Shown here in pieces: positions 39,911 through 49,543 of a stretch of DNA of 64,000 nucleotides. The stretch covers positions 32,810 through 96,809 of the forward strand of contig JBMHCX010000016.1 of NCBI GenBank assembly GCA_049889695.1, in the 5' to 3' direction. The notes under the pieces were generated by a model, which worked only from the letters and a program-made list of their open reading frames with translations, was not told where the DNA came from and did no database searches. A program made the translations under genes and the position numbers. This DNA comes from Flavobacteriaceae bacterium. Lineage in GTDB: Bacteria; Bacteroidota; Bacteroidia; Flavobacteriales; Flavobacteriaceae. How positions within the stretch are numbered: the stretch's first letter is position 1; each line of letters starts with the position of its first letter.

Positions 39911-41002
39911 TTGCCAAAACTTACTCTATACGCTGCTCATTTACAACACAATTACAAAGTATTGTGCGATCGCCTACAAACAGGAACTACGCTTATCCCT
40001 GTCATTAAAGCAAATGCATATGGGAGTTGTGCTATTCAAGTAGCGAAGCATTTAACAGCCAACGGTGCAAATCGTTTAGCGGTGGCATTTACACAGGAAG
40101 GAATTGCTCTCCGCCAAGCGGGAGTCCAAAACCCCATCATGGTTTTTTATCCCCAACGAAACCAATTTAAAAATCTCGTGGAGGCTCAATTAGAGCCTGT
40201 GCTCTATAGGCAAGCCGACATGGAATATTTTGCGCACTGTCTATCCCCTGAGCAAAGTGAGTATCCCATTCACTTAAAATTCAACACTGGACTCAATCGA
40301 ATAGGGTTTTCTACGACGACTGATGAAGTGTCCCGTGTACTACAAACGCTGTCGCGATTACCATTTCAATTGATCAGTGTTTATACTCATTTATGTGCGA
40401 CAGAAGATTCGAGACCTCAAGCGTATTTGGATCAGCAAATCAACCGTTTTGAAAAAGTTCAACAGCAGTTGTTATCACAACTAGATCGTCCACCCATGTT
40501 TCATTTGTTGAACACATCAGGTATTTTTAACTATCCTGAATTTCATGCCGATGCGGTTCGTTCCGGGATAGGTCTTCACGGTTTTGCTAATCGTCCAGAG
40601 TGGGATGCCGACTTAAAACCAGTAGCAGAACTCAAGGCGGAAATATGCCAAATTACCAAGGTTGCTAAAGGAGAATATGTAGGCTATAATTTCGGATGGC
40701 AGGCCCCCAAGAATAGTCGTGTAGCGACCTTACCCATTGGCCACGCCGATGGGATTGGCAGGCACTTTGGAAACGGAAAAGCCCATGTCTTCTTTGGGGA
40801 GCAAAAAGCCCCCATCATTGGTAATATTTGTATGGATCTACTCATGGTTGATGTCACGAAATTAAAGGTTAAGGAGGGAGATGAACTGTGTTTCTTTGGT
40901 CCCGATAGTTCTGCTGACCTCTGGGCGCAAGGAGGACAAACCATTGCTTATGAACTCTTAACGGGCTTAGGGCCTAGAATAGAACGAGAATGGATTAACT
41001 GA
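39911..41002 (+). CDS. alr: Alanine racemase
   Basis: PLP-lysine motif VIKANAYG, then HLKFNTGLNRIGF and C-terminal ICMDLLMVDV. TTG start. Confidence 0.9.
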   Translation: MPKLTLYAAHLQHNYKVLCDRLQTGTTLIPVIKANAYGSCAIQVAKHLTANGANRLAVAFTQEGIALRQAGVQNPIMVFYPQRNQFKNLVEAQLEPVLYRQADMEYFAHCLSPEQSEYPIHLKFNTGLNRIGFSTTTDEVSRVLQTLSRLPFQLISVYTHLCATEDSRPQAYLDQQINRFEKVQQQLLSQLDRPPMFHLLNTSGIFNYPEFHADAVRSGIGLHGFANRPEWDADLKPVAELKAEICQITKVAKGEYVGYNFGWQAPKNSRVATLPIGHADGIGRHFGNGKAHVFFGEQKAPIIGNICMDLLMVDVTKLKVKEGDELCFFGPDSSADLWAQGGQTIAYELLTGLGPRIEREWIN

Positions 41003-41074
41003 TGTTATATTTGCAACAATTTGTTTTTTTTATTGAATAATTGCAATTCTAACCGCTGAATCCCAATTTCCGCT

Positions 41075-41082
41075 TAGTTTTG
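41075..41082 (+). promoter_or_regulatory. Candidate -7 box TAgtTTTG for asd
   Basis: TAGTTTTG lies 23 nt upstream of ATG 41106. A second TAtaTTTG is at 41006-41013. Confidence 0.45.
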
Positions 41083-41105
41083 TGCTGCTAAATTAAATCA
41101 TAGAT

Positions 41106-42095
41106 ATGAAAGTAGCTGTTGTTGGAGCCACTGGTATGGTGGGTCAAGTAATGCTTAAAGTATTAGAAGAACGCTCATTTCCCATTACGGATTTTATACC
41201 GGTAGCCTCTTCTCGTTCGGTCGGGAAAAAGTTAACTTTTCAAGGCAAAGAATGGTCGGTAGTTGGTTTAGATACGGCTGTAGAGATGCAACCGGACATC
41301 GCCTTGTTTTCGGCTGGCGGCAGTACCTCCAAAGAATGGGCGCCAAAATTTGCTGCAGTAGGCACTACTGTGATCGACAATTCTTCTGCATGGCGAATGG
41401 AACCCAATACTCCACTGGTAGTCCCAGAAATCAATGCTTCTATCCTTCAGCAAACCGATAAAATTATTGCAAATCCAAACTGTTCTACCATTCAGATGGT
41501 CATGGCTCTTGCTCCCCTTCATCGGTCCTACACCATCAGACGTTTGGTTGTATCGACTTATCAGTCGATTACAGGAACCGGAGTAGCGGCTGTTCAACAA
41601 CTCGAAAATGAATACGCTGGGGAAAAAGGACCAATGGCTTATCCTTATCCTATCCATCGAAATGCACTGCCGCATTGTGATGTCTTTTTAGAGAATGATT
41701 ACACCAAGGAGGAAATGAAATTGGTGCATGAAAGTCGAAAGATTCTACAGTCTCCGACATTAGGAGTGACAGCCACAGCTATCCGTATTCCCGTTGTTGG
41801 CGGACACAGCGAGGCGGTCAATGTAGAATTTGAAAAGCCTTTTGAAGTAAACGATATTCGCCGTTTACTTCATGAAACAGATGGGATTTGCGTACAAGAT
41901 GAACCAGCCACTCAAACCTATCCAATGCCGATCTACGCAGCGGGCAAAGATGATGTCTTTGTAGGTAGAATTCGTCGGGATGAATCGCAAGACAATACCC
42001 TGAATATGTGGATTGTTGCAGATAACTTACGCAAAGGAGCTGCTACCAATGCTGTTCAAATTGCAGAATACTTGGTAGCAAACGCCTTGGTTTAG
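41106..42095 (+). CDS. asd: Aspartate-semialdehyde dehydrogenase
   Basis: [12 protein letters not shown], active-site [11 protein letters not shown] and [11 protein letters not shown]. Confidence 0.95.
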   Translation: MKVAVVGATGMVGQVMLKVLEERSFPITDFIPVASSRSVGKKLTFQGKEWSVVGLDTAVEMQPDIALFSAGGSTSKEWAPKFAAVGTTVIDNSSAWRMEPNTPLVVPEINASILQQTDKIIANPNCSTIQMVMALAPLHRSYTIRRLVVSTYQSITGTGVAAVQQLENEYAGEKGPMAYPYPIHRNALPHCDVFLENDYTKEEMKLVHESRKILQSPTLGVTATAIRIPVVGGHSEAVNVEFEKPFEVNDIRRLLHETDGICVQDEPATQTYPMPIYAAGKDDVFVGRIRRDESQDNTLNMWIVADNLRKGAATNAVQIAEYLVANALV

Positions 42096-43432
42096 TCTTC
42101 CATCGAAAAGTCTTCCATGAATTTTGTCGTATAATTTCCAGCAACAAAATCAGGATGGCTCATCAGTTTTAAATGAAAGGGAATAGTCGTGGCAATTCCT
42201 TCAATCACAAACTCTTCTAGAGCACGTTTCATTTTATTTATGGCTTCTTCACGAGTTTGAGCTGTTGTAATCAGCTTGGCAATCATGGAGTCGTAATGCG
42301 GGGGAATTATATAACCACTGTAAACGTGAGTATCTAAGCGAACGCCATGACCTCCTGGAAAGTGAAGGGTAGTGATTTTCCCTGGCGACGGGCGGAAGTC
42401 ATTATTAGGATCCTCAGCATTGATTCGACACTCGATCGAGTGCAGTTTAGGGATATAATTTTTTCCTGAAATAGGAATTCCAGCAGCTACTTTAATTTGT
42501 TCGCGGATGAGGTCAAAGTCAATCACTTGTTCAGTGATCGGGTGCTCTACCTGAATACGCGTATTCATTTCCATAAAGTAGAAGTTCTTGTGCTTATCGA
42601 CTAAGAATTCCACCGTTCCAGCCCCTTCGTATTTAATGAACTCAGCTGCTTTGACAGCAGCTTCTCCCATTTGCTTCCGCAGGGCAGTGGTCATAAAAGG
42701 AGAGGGGGTTTCTTCGGTGAGTTTCTGGTGACGTCTTTGCACCGAACAGTCGCGTTCAGAAAGATGGCAAGCTTTCCCATAAGCATCCCCAATAATCTGT
42801 ATTTCGATATGTCGAGGTTCTTCAATAAGCTTTTCCATGTACATACCGTCGTTTCCAAAAGAAGCAGCGGCTTCCTGGCGAGCACTTTCCCAAGCTTTTT
42901 CAAGGTCTTCGGCAGCCCATACGGCACGCATTCCTTTTCCTCCACCTCCAGCTGTTGCTTTCAACATGACCGGATAGCCCATATCTGCCGCTAAGCTTTG
43001 CGCTTCTTCTAGGGAGGATAGCAATCCTTCTGATCCTGGAATTGTGGGAACACCAGCTTCTTTCATGGTGGCTTTAGCCGTTGCTTTATCCCCCATTTTT
43101 TCGATCATTTCGGGATCTGCCCCGATAAACTTAATATCGTGTTCTGCACAGATGTTCGAAAACTTAGCATTTTCCGATAAAAATCCATAGCCCGGATGTA
43201 TAGCATCTGCATTCGTTATTTCAGCAGCGGCTATGATATTGGATATTTTTAAATAGGAATCCATACTGGGTGCTGGACCTATGCAAACTGCTTCGTCGGC
43301 GAATCGAACATGAAGGCTATCGCGATCTGCAGTTGAGTAGACCGCAACTGTTTTGATTCCCATCTCTTTGCAAGTGCGAATCACCCGCATGGCAATTTCT
43401 CCGCGGTTAGCGATTAAGATCTTTTTAAACAT
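42092..43432 (-). CDS. accC: Acetyl-CoA carboxylase, biotin carboxylase subunit
   Basis: [17 protein letters not shown]-grasp GGGGKGMR, and [14 protein letters not shown]. Confidence 0.97.
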   Translation of the reverse strand: MFKKILIANRGEIAMRVIRTCKEMGIKTVAVYSTADRDSLHVRFADEAVCIGPAPSMDSYLKISNIIAAAEITNADAIHPGYGFLSENAKFSNICAEHDIKFIGADPEMIEKMGDKATAKATMKEAGVPTIPGSEGLLSSLEEAQSLAADMGYPVMLKATAGGGGKGMRAVWAAEDLEKAWESARQEAAASFGNDGMYMEKLIEEPRHIEIQIIGDAYGKACHLSERDCSVQRRHQKLTEETPSPFMTTALRKQMGEAAVKAAEFIKYEGAGTVEFLVDKHKNFYFMEMNTRIQVEHPITEQVIDFDLIREQIKVAAGIPISGKNYIPKLHSIECRINAEDPNNDFRPSPGKITTLHFPGGHGVRLDTHVYSGYIIPPHYDSMIAKLITTAQTREEAINKMKRALEEFVIEGIATTIPFHLKLMSHPDFVAGNYTTKFMEDFSMED

Positions 43433-43442
43433 GGATTTTTAT

Positions 43443-43940
43443 TTAGTTAGGTTCGATCAAGAAGAGCGGTTGGTCAAATTCTACAGGTTGAGAATCTTCG
43501 ACTAAAATTTTAACGATAGTTCCGGATACTTCAGACTCAATTTCGTTAAATAATTTCATGGCTTCAATAACGCACAAAACATCACCGTTGGAAACTTTTT
43601 GGCCAATTTCCACAAAGCTATCCTTGTCCGGAGAAGGCTTGCGATAGAATGTTCCAATGATGGGAGACTTTACTTCAATCAGGTGATCTGTACTTTCAGC
43701 TGCCTTGGTTTCAGTCGCAGCTTCTGCTGCTGGTGTTTCAACAACTGTTGCTGGGGCCACTGGAGCAGGAGCAATGGGTTGTTGAATACTCGGTAATTGC
43801 TGGACTATAGTAGTCGGTTCAGCAGTATTGTCGGCTGCTGTTTTGATGGTAATTTTCACATCTTCCATCTCAAGTTTAACTTCGTGAGCCCCTGATTTGG
43901 CGACAAAACGAATAAGATTCTGAATTTCTTTTAGATCCAT
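43443..43940 (-). CDS. accB: Acetyl-CoA carboxylase, biotin carboxyl carrier protein
   Basis: Ala/Pro-rich linker and the biotinylation motif [13 protein letters not shown]. Confidence 0.93.
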   Translation of the reverse strand: MDLKEIQNLIRFVAKSGAHEVKLEMEDVKITIKTAADNTAEPTTIVQQLPSIQQPIAPAPVAPATVVETPAAEAATETKAAESTDHLIEVKSPIIGTFYRKPSPDKDSFVEIGQKVSNGDVLCVIEAMKLFNEIESEVSGTIVKILVEDSQPVEFDQPLFLIEPN

Positions 43941-43956
43941 GATTTCTTAGTTTAAG

Positions 43957-44955
43957 TTAATAGGCCCACGTCATATATGCCGCTCCCCAAGTAAACCCTC
44001 CGCCAAAGGCGGTGAGTACAATTTTATCACCTTTTTTAAATTGATGATGAAAGTCATTTAAGACTAGCGGAAGTGTAGCAGCAGTCGTGTTGCCGTAGTA
44101 TTGAATATTTTTAAGGATTTGCTGATCGCTAAGACCGAGGCGATTTTGGAGTCCCTCGATGATTCTAAGATTGGCTTGGTGCGGCACGACGTAGGCAATT
44201 TGTTCGGCCGATATTTCGTGCTTGGTCAATATTTTTTGAGTGACATCACACATGCCAGAAACGGCCATCTTATAGACGGTACGCCCTTCTTGTACGAGGT
44301 AATTGTCTTTGTTTTTTAGAGCTTCTTCCGTGATGGGCTGCATGGAACCACCGGCCTTTATGGTAAGGGCCATCCGTTGTTCACCATTGACACGAAGAAT
44401 TTCATCTTCCCAACCATATTCGTTAGGACTGGCTTCCATCAGCACAGCACCAGCGCCATCGCCAAATAAAACACATGTGGTTCTGTCCTGGTAATCGACT
44501 ATCGAGGACATTTTATCGGCTCCTATAACCAATACCTTCTGATATCTACCCGATTCTATGTAGGCAGCGGCGGTCGAGAGGCCATACAGAAAACCGGAGC
44601 ATGCCGCCGTAAGGTCATAACCGAAGGCCTGAGGTGCGCCGATTTCAGAAGCAATATAGGCAGCAGTTGCCGACAAAGGCATGTCTGGAGTGATGGTTGC
44701 GTAAATGATTAAGTCAATGGTTTCTGGTTGCCAGTTGGCTACCTTTTGTTGAAGATCCTCAATTGATTTCAAAGCCATATATGAGGATCCAAGACCGGGT
44801 TCCTTTAAGATTCTTCTTTCTTGGATACCTGTTCGGCTGACAATCCAATCGTTGGAAGTTTCCACCATTTTCTCTAACTCGGCATTGTCTAAAATGTCCT
44901 CAGGGACATATCCACCCACAGCTGTAATGGCAGCCTTGATCGGTTTTGATTGCAT
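43957..44955 (-). CDS. fabH: Beta-ketoacyl-ACP synthase III
   Basis: Active-site AACSGF, HQANLRI and GNTTAATLP motifs. Confidence 0.95.
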   Translation of the reverse strand: MQSKPIKAAITAVGGYVPEDILDNAELEKMVETSNDWIVSRTGIQERRILKEPGLGSSYMALKSIEDLQQKVANWQPETIDLIIYATITPDMPLSATAAYIASEIGAPQAFGYDLTAACSGFLYGLSTAAAYIESGRYQKVLVIGADKMSSIVDYQDRTTCVLFGDGAGAVLMEASPNEYGWEDEILRVNGEQRMALTIKAGGSMQPITEEALKNKDNYLVQEGRTVYKMAVSGMCDVTQKILTKHEISAEQIAYVVPHQANLRIIEGLQNRLGLSDQQILKNIQYYGNTTAATLPLVLNDFHHQFKKGDKIVLTAFGGGFTWGAAYMTWAY

Positions 44956-44988
44956 TCGTTTCCTGTTTTCAGTCTACACAAAAAAGAG

Positions 44989-44996
44989 CAAACATA
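44989..44996 (-). promoter_or_regulatory. Candidate -7 box TAtgTTTG for fabH-accBC
   Basis: The minus strand reads TATGTTTG about 33 nt upstream of ATG 44955, downstream of the rpmF terminator. Confidence 0.4.
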
Positions 44997-45037
44997 AAGT
45001 GAAGATAGTAGTTTTTTATAAATCTAAGCATTGGCCC

Positions 45038-45064
45038 AAAAAAAAACTCTCGACTAGCGAGAGT
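45038..45064 (-). terminator. Intrinsic terminator or attenuator after rpmF
   Basis: CTCTCG/CGAGAG hairpin (45047-45063) followed on the minus strand by T9 (A9 at 45038-45046 on plus). Confidence 0.65.
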
Positions 45065-45092
45065 AAGTTTTTATAAGAAACAAATAACAGCA

Positions 45093-45290
45093 CTAAGCTT
45101 CTGCTTCTGCCGTACTATCGATCAGTACTTTTCCACGATAGTATAGTTTCCCTTCATGCCAGTGTGCACGGTGGTAAAGGTGTGCTTCCCCAGTAGCAGA
45201 ACAGGTTGCAATCTGCTGGGCACTTGCTTTGTAGTGTGTGCGGCGTTTGTCGCGACGGGTTTTCGAAATTTTCCGTTTAGGATGTGCCAT
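45093..45290 (-). CDS. rpmF: 50S ribosomal protein L32
   Basis: [21 protein letters not shown]...; 65 aa. Confidence 0.93.
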   Translation of the reverse strand: MAHPKRKISKTRRDKRRTHYKASAQQIATCSATGEAHLYHRAHWHEGKLYYRGKVLIDSTAEAEA

Positions 45291-45308
45291 GATGTTGTCT
45301 TTATTCGG

Positions 45309-45827
45309 TTATAATAAATCTTTTAATTTATCCCATCTCGGATCAATATCATCCGAGTTGGGGCTGGCCTTTGGAGCCAGTTCGTTTAACTTGTCGAGTA
45401 TGTCAGATTTTAAGCTGCCGTCTGCAATTCCGGGATGCACTTTTTTAAATGGCACCGCCAAAACAATCATTTCAAAAATGTATTGCTGTACATCTATCTG
45501 GTGGCTGCCCTCTGGTAAAATCAGAATCTCATCGGTATGAGAGCTGGTATTTCCAAACTTAACCACCAATGAAAAATCAGTGTTCAGTGGAAGGTCGAAG
45601 GCTTCATTCGTGAGGTCGCAGGGAACACTAACGGTACCTTTGGCAACAAAATGAAGGTTGAGCAATGTCGATTGCTTTTCCATTTCGAGCCAAACCTCCA
45701 TAGCGGCAGACAAAAATTCGTCGTACTCAAATAAGTCAAAGAACGCTTTGCTGATGGGAAATGTGAAACGATGAAGTCCATTTTTTAACCCGATGAAGGG
45801 AATAGTATATTCAGAACTGCGTTCCAT
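45309..45827 (-). CDS. yceD: YceD-family (DUF177) protein
   Basis: It lies immediately upstream of rpmF, the conserved position, and has the family's size and acidic character. Confidence 0.8.
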   Translation of the reverse strand: MERSSEYTIPFIGLKNGLHRFTFPISKAFFDLFEYDEFLSAAMEVWLEMEKQSTLLNLHFVAKGTVSVPCDLTNEAFDLPLNTDFSLVVKFGNTSSHTDEILILPEGSHQIDVQQYIFEMIVLAVPFKKVHPGIADGSLKSDILDKLNELAPKASPNSDDIDPRWDKLKDLL

Positions 45828-45845
45828 ACCTCGTCAATCAGCCCG

Positions 45846-45853
45846 CAAATTTA
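45846..45853 (-). promoter_or_regulatory. Candidate -7 box TAaaTTTG for yceD-rpmF
   Basis: The minus strand reads TAAATTTG about 18 nt upstream of ATG 45827. Confidence 0.4.
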
Positions 45854-45908
45854 GCATAATTTCGAAATAACTAAAAATATATTGAGATTTAGTTTCCTAT
45901 CCCTCAAC

Positions 45909-46922
45909 TTATTCGTCTGCTTGTCCTTCATTTCGATTGCGGACGATTTCCATCGCCGTGTAGAGGGCCTGGCGAAAAGAGGATACGTCAGCGACACCTT
46001 TACCGGCGATGTCAAAAGCTGTCCCATGATCGGGAGAAGTGCGGACAATGGGGAGACCCGCCGTAAAGTTAACCCCCTGACCAAAGGCAATGGTTTTAAA
46101 GGGAATGAGGCCTTGGTCGTGATACATGGCTAATACGGCATCGAATTTTTGATAGGCGCCTGATCCAAAAAATCCATCGGCGGCATATGGTCCAAAAATC
46201 AAGTGCTTTTTTGATTTTGCCGCTGCCATCCAAGGTTTTAGAATTTCTTCGTCTTCTTGACCGATAACACCCTGGTCTCCACTGTGAGGATTAATCCCCA
46301 AAACTGCAATTTTAGGACGATTACACTGAAAATCTACACTTAAACTTTTGCTTAACGCGTTCAATTTTTGATCCAATATTTCTGCTTGAATGGCCGCACT
46401 AATTTTCTGCACAGGGATGTGGTCGGTGACTAATGCGACCCTAAGGCCTTCGTGCACCATAAACATCAGTGAGGGCGATTTAAAATAGGCAGCCAAATAG
46501 TCGGTGTGTCCCATATAGGGGAAATCCTCTCCGTGTATGTTGTTTTTATCGATAGGAGCAGTCACTAAAGCTTGGGCTTCTCCTTTAGCAGTAGCTTGAG
46601 TTGCTGCTTGCAACGATTTTTGCGCCCATTGTCCGCTGTTTTTCGTTGGTTTTCCCAGTTGTAGCGGTTCTAGTTTGTCCCAGCACTGCACTACATTGAG
46701 TTGCTGGGTATGTGGCTTTGCTTTATTTTTTAAGGGAAAAATGGGCGTTTGTAGCTTTAATTTTTTCTTGTATTCCAGCAAAATTTTTGGATGACCATAG
46801 ACGATAGGCGTCAAAAACTCGAACATTCGCTTATCTTCAAAGGCTTTCAGAATAAGTTCACATCCAATCCCATGGGGGTCGCCCATGGAGATGGCAATTT
46901 TTAATTTTTTTGATTCTTTCAT
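45909..46922 (-). CDS. pdxA: 4-hydroxythreonine-4-phosphate dehydrogenase
   Basis: IAISMGDPHGIG, GHTDYL and GLPIVRTSPDHGTAFDIAGKG motifs. The start is trimmed to MKESKKLKIAIS (ATG 46922), which removes the overlap with ribE. Confidence 0.9.
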   Translation of the reverse strand: MKESKKLKIAISMGDPHGIGCELILKAFEDKRMFEFLTPIVYGHPKILLEYKKKLKLQTPIFPLKNKAKPHTQQLNVVQCWDKLEPLQLGKPTKNSGQWAQKSLQAATQATAKGEAQALVTAPIDKNNIHGEDFPYMGHTDYLAAYFKSPSLMFMVHEGLRVALVTDHIPVQKISAAIQAEILDQKLNALSKSLSVDFQCNRPKIAVLGINPHSGDQGVIGQEDEEILKPWMAAAKSKKHLIFGPYAADGFFGSGAYQKFDAVLAMYHDQGLIPFKTIAFGQGVNFTAGLPIVRTSPDHGTAFDIAGKGVADVSSFRQALYTAMEIVRNRNEGQADE

Positions 46923-46940
46923 TCCTACAACAGAACTGCT

Positions 46941-46948
46941 TACATTTG
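46941..46948 (+). promoter_or_regulatory. Candidate -7 box TAcaTTTG for ribE
   Basis: TACATTTG lies 25 nt upstream of ATG 46974. Confidence 0.45.
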
Positions 46949-46973
46949 AATACAAAGAAACAAAATAGTTGTC

Positions 46974-47564
46974 ATGTTTACGGGAATCATAGAAACCATG
47001 GGGAAAGTTATTCGTTTGGACGAAGACCGAACCAACCTTCACCTCACTTTAGCCTCTGATCTGGCTCACGAGTTGAAAATTGATCAGAGTTTAGCCCACA
47101 ATGGAGTATGCTTAACTGTAGTTGACATCCAAAACGACCAATACACGGTAACCGCCATAGAAGAAACCTTACAAAAAACTAATTTAGGGCAACTGCGAAT
47201 TGGCGATTGGGTGAACCTGGAACGGGCAATGAAGCTCGGTGACCGACTGGACGGACACTTAGTTCAAGGGCATGTGGATTTAGTCGGGGTCTGTGAAGCC
47301 GTCAGTTCTAAAGATGGCAGTTGGCGTTTTGCCTTTTCCTATGCCGATAATAGTGAACACATAACCATCCCCAAAGGGTCCATCACCATCAATGGTGTCA
47401 GTCTCACAGTTGTCGATTCTGATCCGAACCAGTTTTCGGTGGCGATCATTCCCTACACCTTTGAGCATACCAACTTTCATCAACTTAATGCTGGCGATTG
47501 GGTGAATTTAGAGTTTGATATGGTCGGCAAATATTTAACTCAACTCTATCAAAAATCCCTCTAA
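46974..47564 (+). CDS. ribE: Riboflavin synthase
   Basis: MFTGIIE start and the duplicated lumazine-binding repeat (SLAHNGVCLTV and SITINGVSLTV). Confidence 0.93.
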   Translation: MFTGIIETMGKVIRLDEDRTNLHLTLASDLAHELKIDQSLAHNGVCLTVVDIQNDQYTVTAIEETLQKTNLGQLRIGDWVNLERAMKLGDRLDGHLVQGHVDLVGVCEAVSSKDGSWRFAFSYADNSEHITIPKGSITINGVSLTVVDSDPNQFSVAIIPYTFEHTNFHQLNAGDWVNLEFDMVGKYLTQLYQKSL

Positions 47565-47567
47565 ATT

Positions 47568-48842
47568 ATGGTGATCAGTGTTCTTGAATTAGCAACTATA
47601 TTATTAAGCTTAGCATCCGTCTTTTCATTGATTAATCTGCGACTGCTAAAACTTCCACAGACCATTGGTCTTATGATATTGGCTATTGCCTTGTCGGTGT
47701 CCATTTTGGTTTTGGGATGGATCTTCCCCAATATTTTAGAAACAGTAATCTTCCTGACCGAGCAATTTGATTTTAGTGAATTGTTGGTTAATGTTATGTT
47801 GCCCTTTTTGCTGTTTGCTGGAGCCATCAGTGTGGATGTTCACGAGCTTTTAAAAGACAAGGTCACGATTTTATTTTTAGCCACCTTCGGAGTCATATTT
47901 TCCACTTTTGCTGTCGGAACGGGATTGTATTGGATCGTTCAGCAACCCGTCTTTCATTTACAGGACCTCGGACTAAATTATGTGGACTGCTTGTTGTTTG
48001 GGGCACTTATTGCTCCTACAGACCCCATAGCTGTTTTGGCCATGGTGAAAAAGATGAACTTATCTTCTATTACTGAAACCCGAATTGCAGGGGAGTCCTT
48101 ATTTAACGATGGTATAGGCGTTGTTGTCTTCCTAACCCTTCTAAACATACAGTCGAATGGAGTCGAAAATATTTCTGCAGTAAGCGTTGGTTCTTTGTTT
48201 GTAACCGAAGTAGTAGGGGGAATTGCTTTAGGTGCTTTTATGGGGTATTTAGGTTCTAAATTATTGACGTATGTCGAAAATGAACACGTAGAATTAGAGG
48301 TGTTAATTACGCTTTCTCTCGTGCTCTTATTACCGATTATTTCTCATTATTTTCATTTTTCAGCGGTCTTAGGAGTCGTTGTTATGGGTTTATTCCTCAA
48401 TGGAAATATAGACGTAGATAAAAATCAGGAAGGCTTGCAAAAAGTAATGGGCGATTATGTGTATAAATTTTGGCATTTGCTAGATGAAACCCTTAATGCC
48501 ATCTTGTTTATCCTGATTGGTTTAGAAGTTTTGGCTCTTTTCCAAGGCTTTAACCCTAATTTCCTTTTGGTATCGGTCATAGCTGTTGTGCTAGTCGTTT
48601 TGTCGCGGGGAGTAGGAGTGTTTATTCCCATAGGAATCCTGTCCTTTTTTAAGACATTCGAAAAAAGAACCGCCCTAATCATTACTTGGGGAGGACTCCG
48701 AGGAGGATTGAGTATCGCTCTAGCCTTGAATCTTTCCGATGGGATGGGAGAGGGGAAATCGTTGATTTTATTTCTCACCTATGCCGTTGTACTCTTTACG
48801 ATTTTGGGACAAGGATTGACCCTAAAAAAACTAGTCCGCTAA
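47568..48842 (+). CDS. Na+/H+ antiporter (CPA1/NhaP-type cation:proton antiporter)
   Basis: Polytopic membrane protein with GALIAPTDPIAV and GESLFNDG motifs. Confidence 0.85.
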   Translation: MVISVLELATILLSLASVFSLINLRLLKLPQTIGLMILAIALSVSILVLGWIFPNILETVIFLTEQFDFSELLVNVMLPFLLFAGAISVDVHELLKDKVTILFLATFGVIFSTFAVGTGLYWIVQQPVFHLQDLGLNYVDCLLFGALIAPTDPIAVLAMVKKMNLSSITETRIAGESLFNDGIGVVVFLTLLNIQSNGVENISAVSVGSLFVTEVVGGIALGAFMGYLGSKLLTYVENEHVELEVLITLSLVLLLPIISHYFHFSAVLGVVVMGLFLNGNIDVDKNQEGLQKVMGDYVYKFWHLLDETLNAILFILIGLEVLALFQGFNPNFLLVSVIAVVLVVLSRGVGVFIPIGILSFFKTFEKRTALIITWGGLRGGLSIALALNLSDGMGEGKSLILFLTYAVVLFTILGQGLTLKKLVR

Positions 48843-48863
48843 GCCAAAACTAGGAAGTTTTTG

Positions 48864-48871
48864 TATTTTTG
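48864..48871 (+). promoter_or_regulatory. Candidate -7 box TAttTTTG upstream of the SD-bearing mini-ORF
   Basis: TATTTTTG begins 22 nt after the antiporter stop. Confidence 0.35.
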
Positions 48872-48932
48872 GAGAGAGTGTTAAAGCTGTGACAACAGCA
48901 ATGTTTAACTTAATGTAGAAAGGAGGTGTCTT

Positions 48933-48998
48933 ATGTTTAATGAAAATCATTTAAGGAGAATAACTAAACTACAGACCGCCTCTCAGGGGCGCTTGTAG
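48933..48998 (+). CDS. Candidate 21-codon small ORF (MFNENHLRRITKLQTASQGRL) preceded by a perfect Shine-Dalgarno sequence
   Basis: AGAAAGGAGGTG (48917-48928) ends 4 nt before the ATG. There is a promoter-like box upstream and a strong terminator downstream. The ORF is not in the ORF track because it is too short. Confidence 0.3.
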   Translation: MFNENHLRRITKLQTASQGRL

Positions 48999-49022
48999 CG
49001 ATCAACATCCTTATCTAGCAAA

Positions 49023-49048
49023 AGCAGGTCGATGGGCCTGCTTTTTTT
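49023..49048 (+). terminator. Intrinsic terminator
   Basis: GCAGGTC/GGCCTGC stem with a GATG loop (49024-49041), followed by T7 (49042-49048). Confidence 0.75.
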
Positions 49049-49090
49049 ATTCCTCGCATTATTTTTTATTACAGTAAAAGGTAAAAGAAG

Positions 49091-49543
49091 TTAAGGGAGT
49101 GTTCTTTTGGGCAATTTCGCCTTATTCGTCTGGGCAACTACTCTCTTCCCGGCAGCATTAAAAGCTTGGTGAGTGTGTCCTTCCCATTCCAAATATGCGC
49201 AAAAGTAACCCAAGCTTGTGTCGTAATCGAATTCAAAGTTGATGGCATCTGCGTCCCATCTGAGTTGATGAAGACTACCGACGCGTTCCAACTCCAGATA
49301 GTCCTCATGTTGTTTTTGACGGCCTTTAAAGGTGTGTTTTTTTTGGGTACCGTCTTTTTGCTCTGTCACAAAAGTGACTTGGAAGGATTCATCTTCTAGA
49401 ATGAGCTCATCCAGAAAGCAGGCAAAGGTATTGGCCATAGGCATTGGACGTTTTATTTTCCATTGTCCGGATCGCTGTGTAGTATCGCGTGAAGGAAGTA
49501 TTACGCAAACAAAAAAAAGACCGATTAAAGTATTTAGTTTCAT
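49091..49543 (-). CDS. Hypothetical secreted or membrane-anchored protein
   Basis: 150-aa ORF with an N-terminal hydrophobic signal (MKLNTLIGLFFVCVILP). No motif recognised. Confidence 0.5.
   Translation of the reverse strand: MKLNTLIGLFFVCVILPSRDTTQRSGQWKIKRPMPMANTFACFLDELILEDESFQVTFVTEQKDGTQKKHTFKGRQKQHEDYLELERVGSLHQLRWDADAINFEFDYDTSLGYFCAYLEWEGHTHQAFNAAGKRVVAQTNKAKLPKRTLP

Noticed and set aside
41240-41675. ORFs of 64-135 aa overlap asd on both strands.
   Set aside because: They are shadow frames of a highly conserved gene.
45851-46133. ORFs at 45851-46090 (minus) and 45882-46133 (plus) overlap the pdxA 3' end.
   Set aside because: pdxA explains this region, with conserved C-terminal motifs. 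The alternatives have no support.
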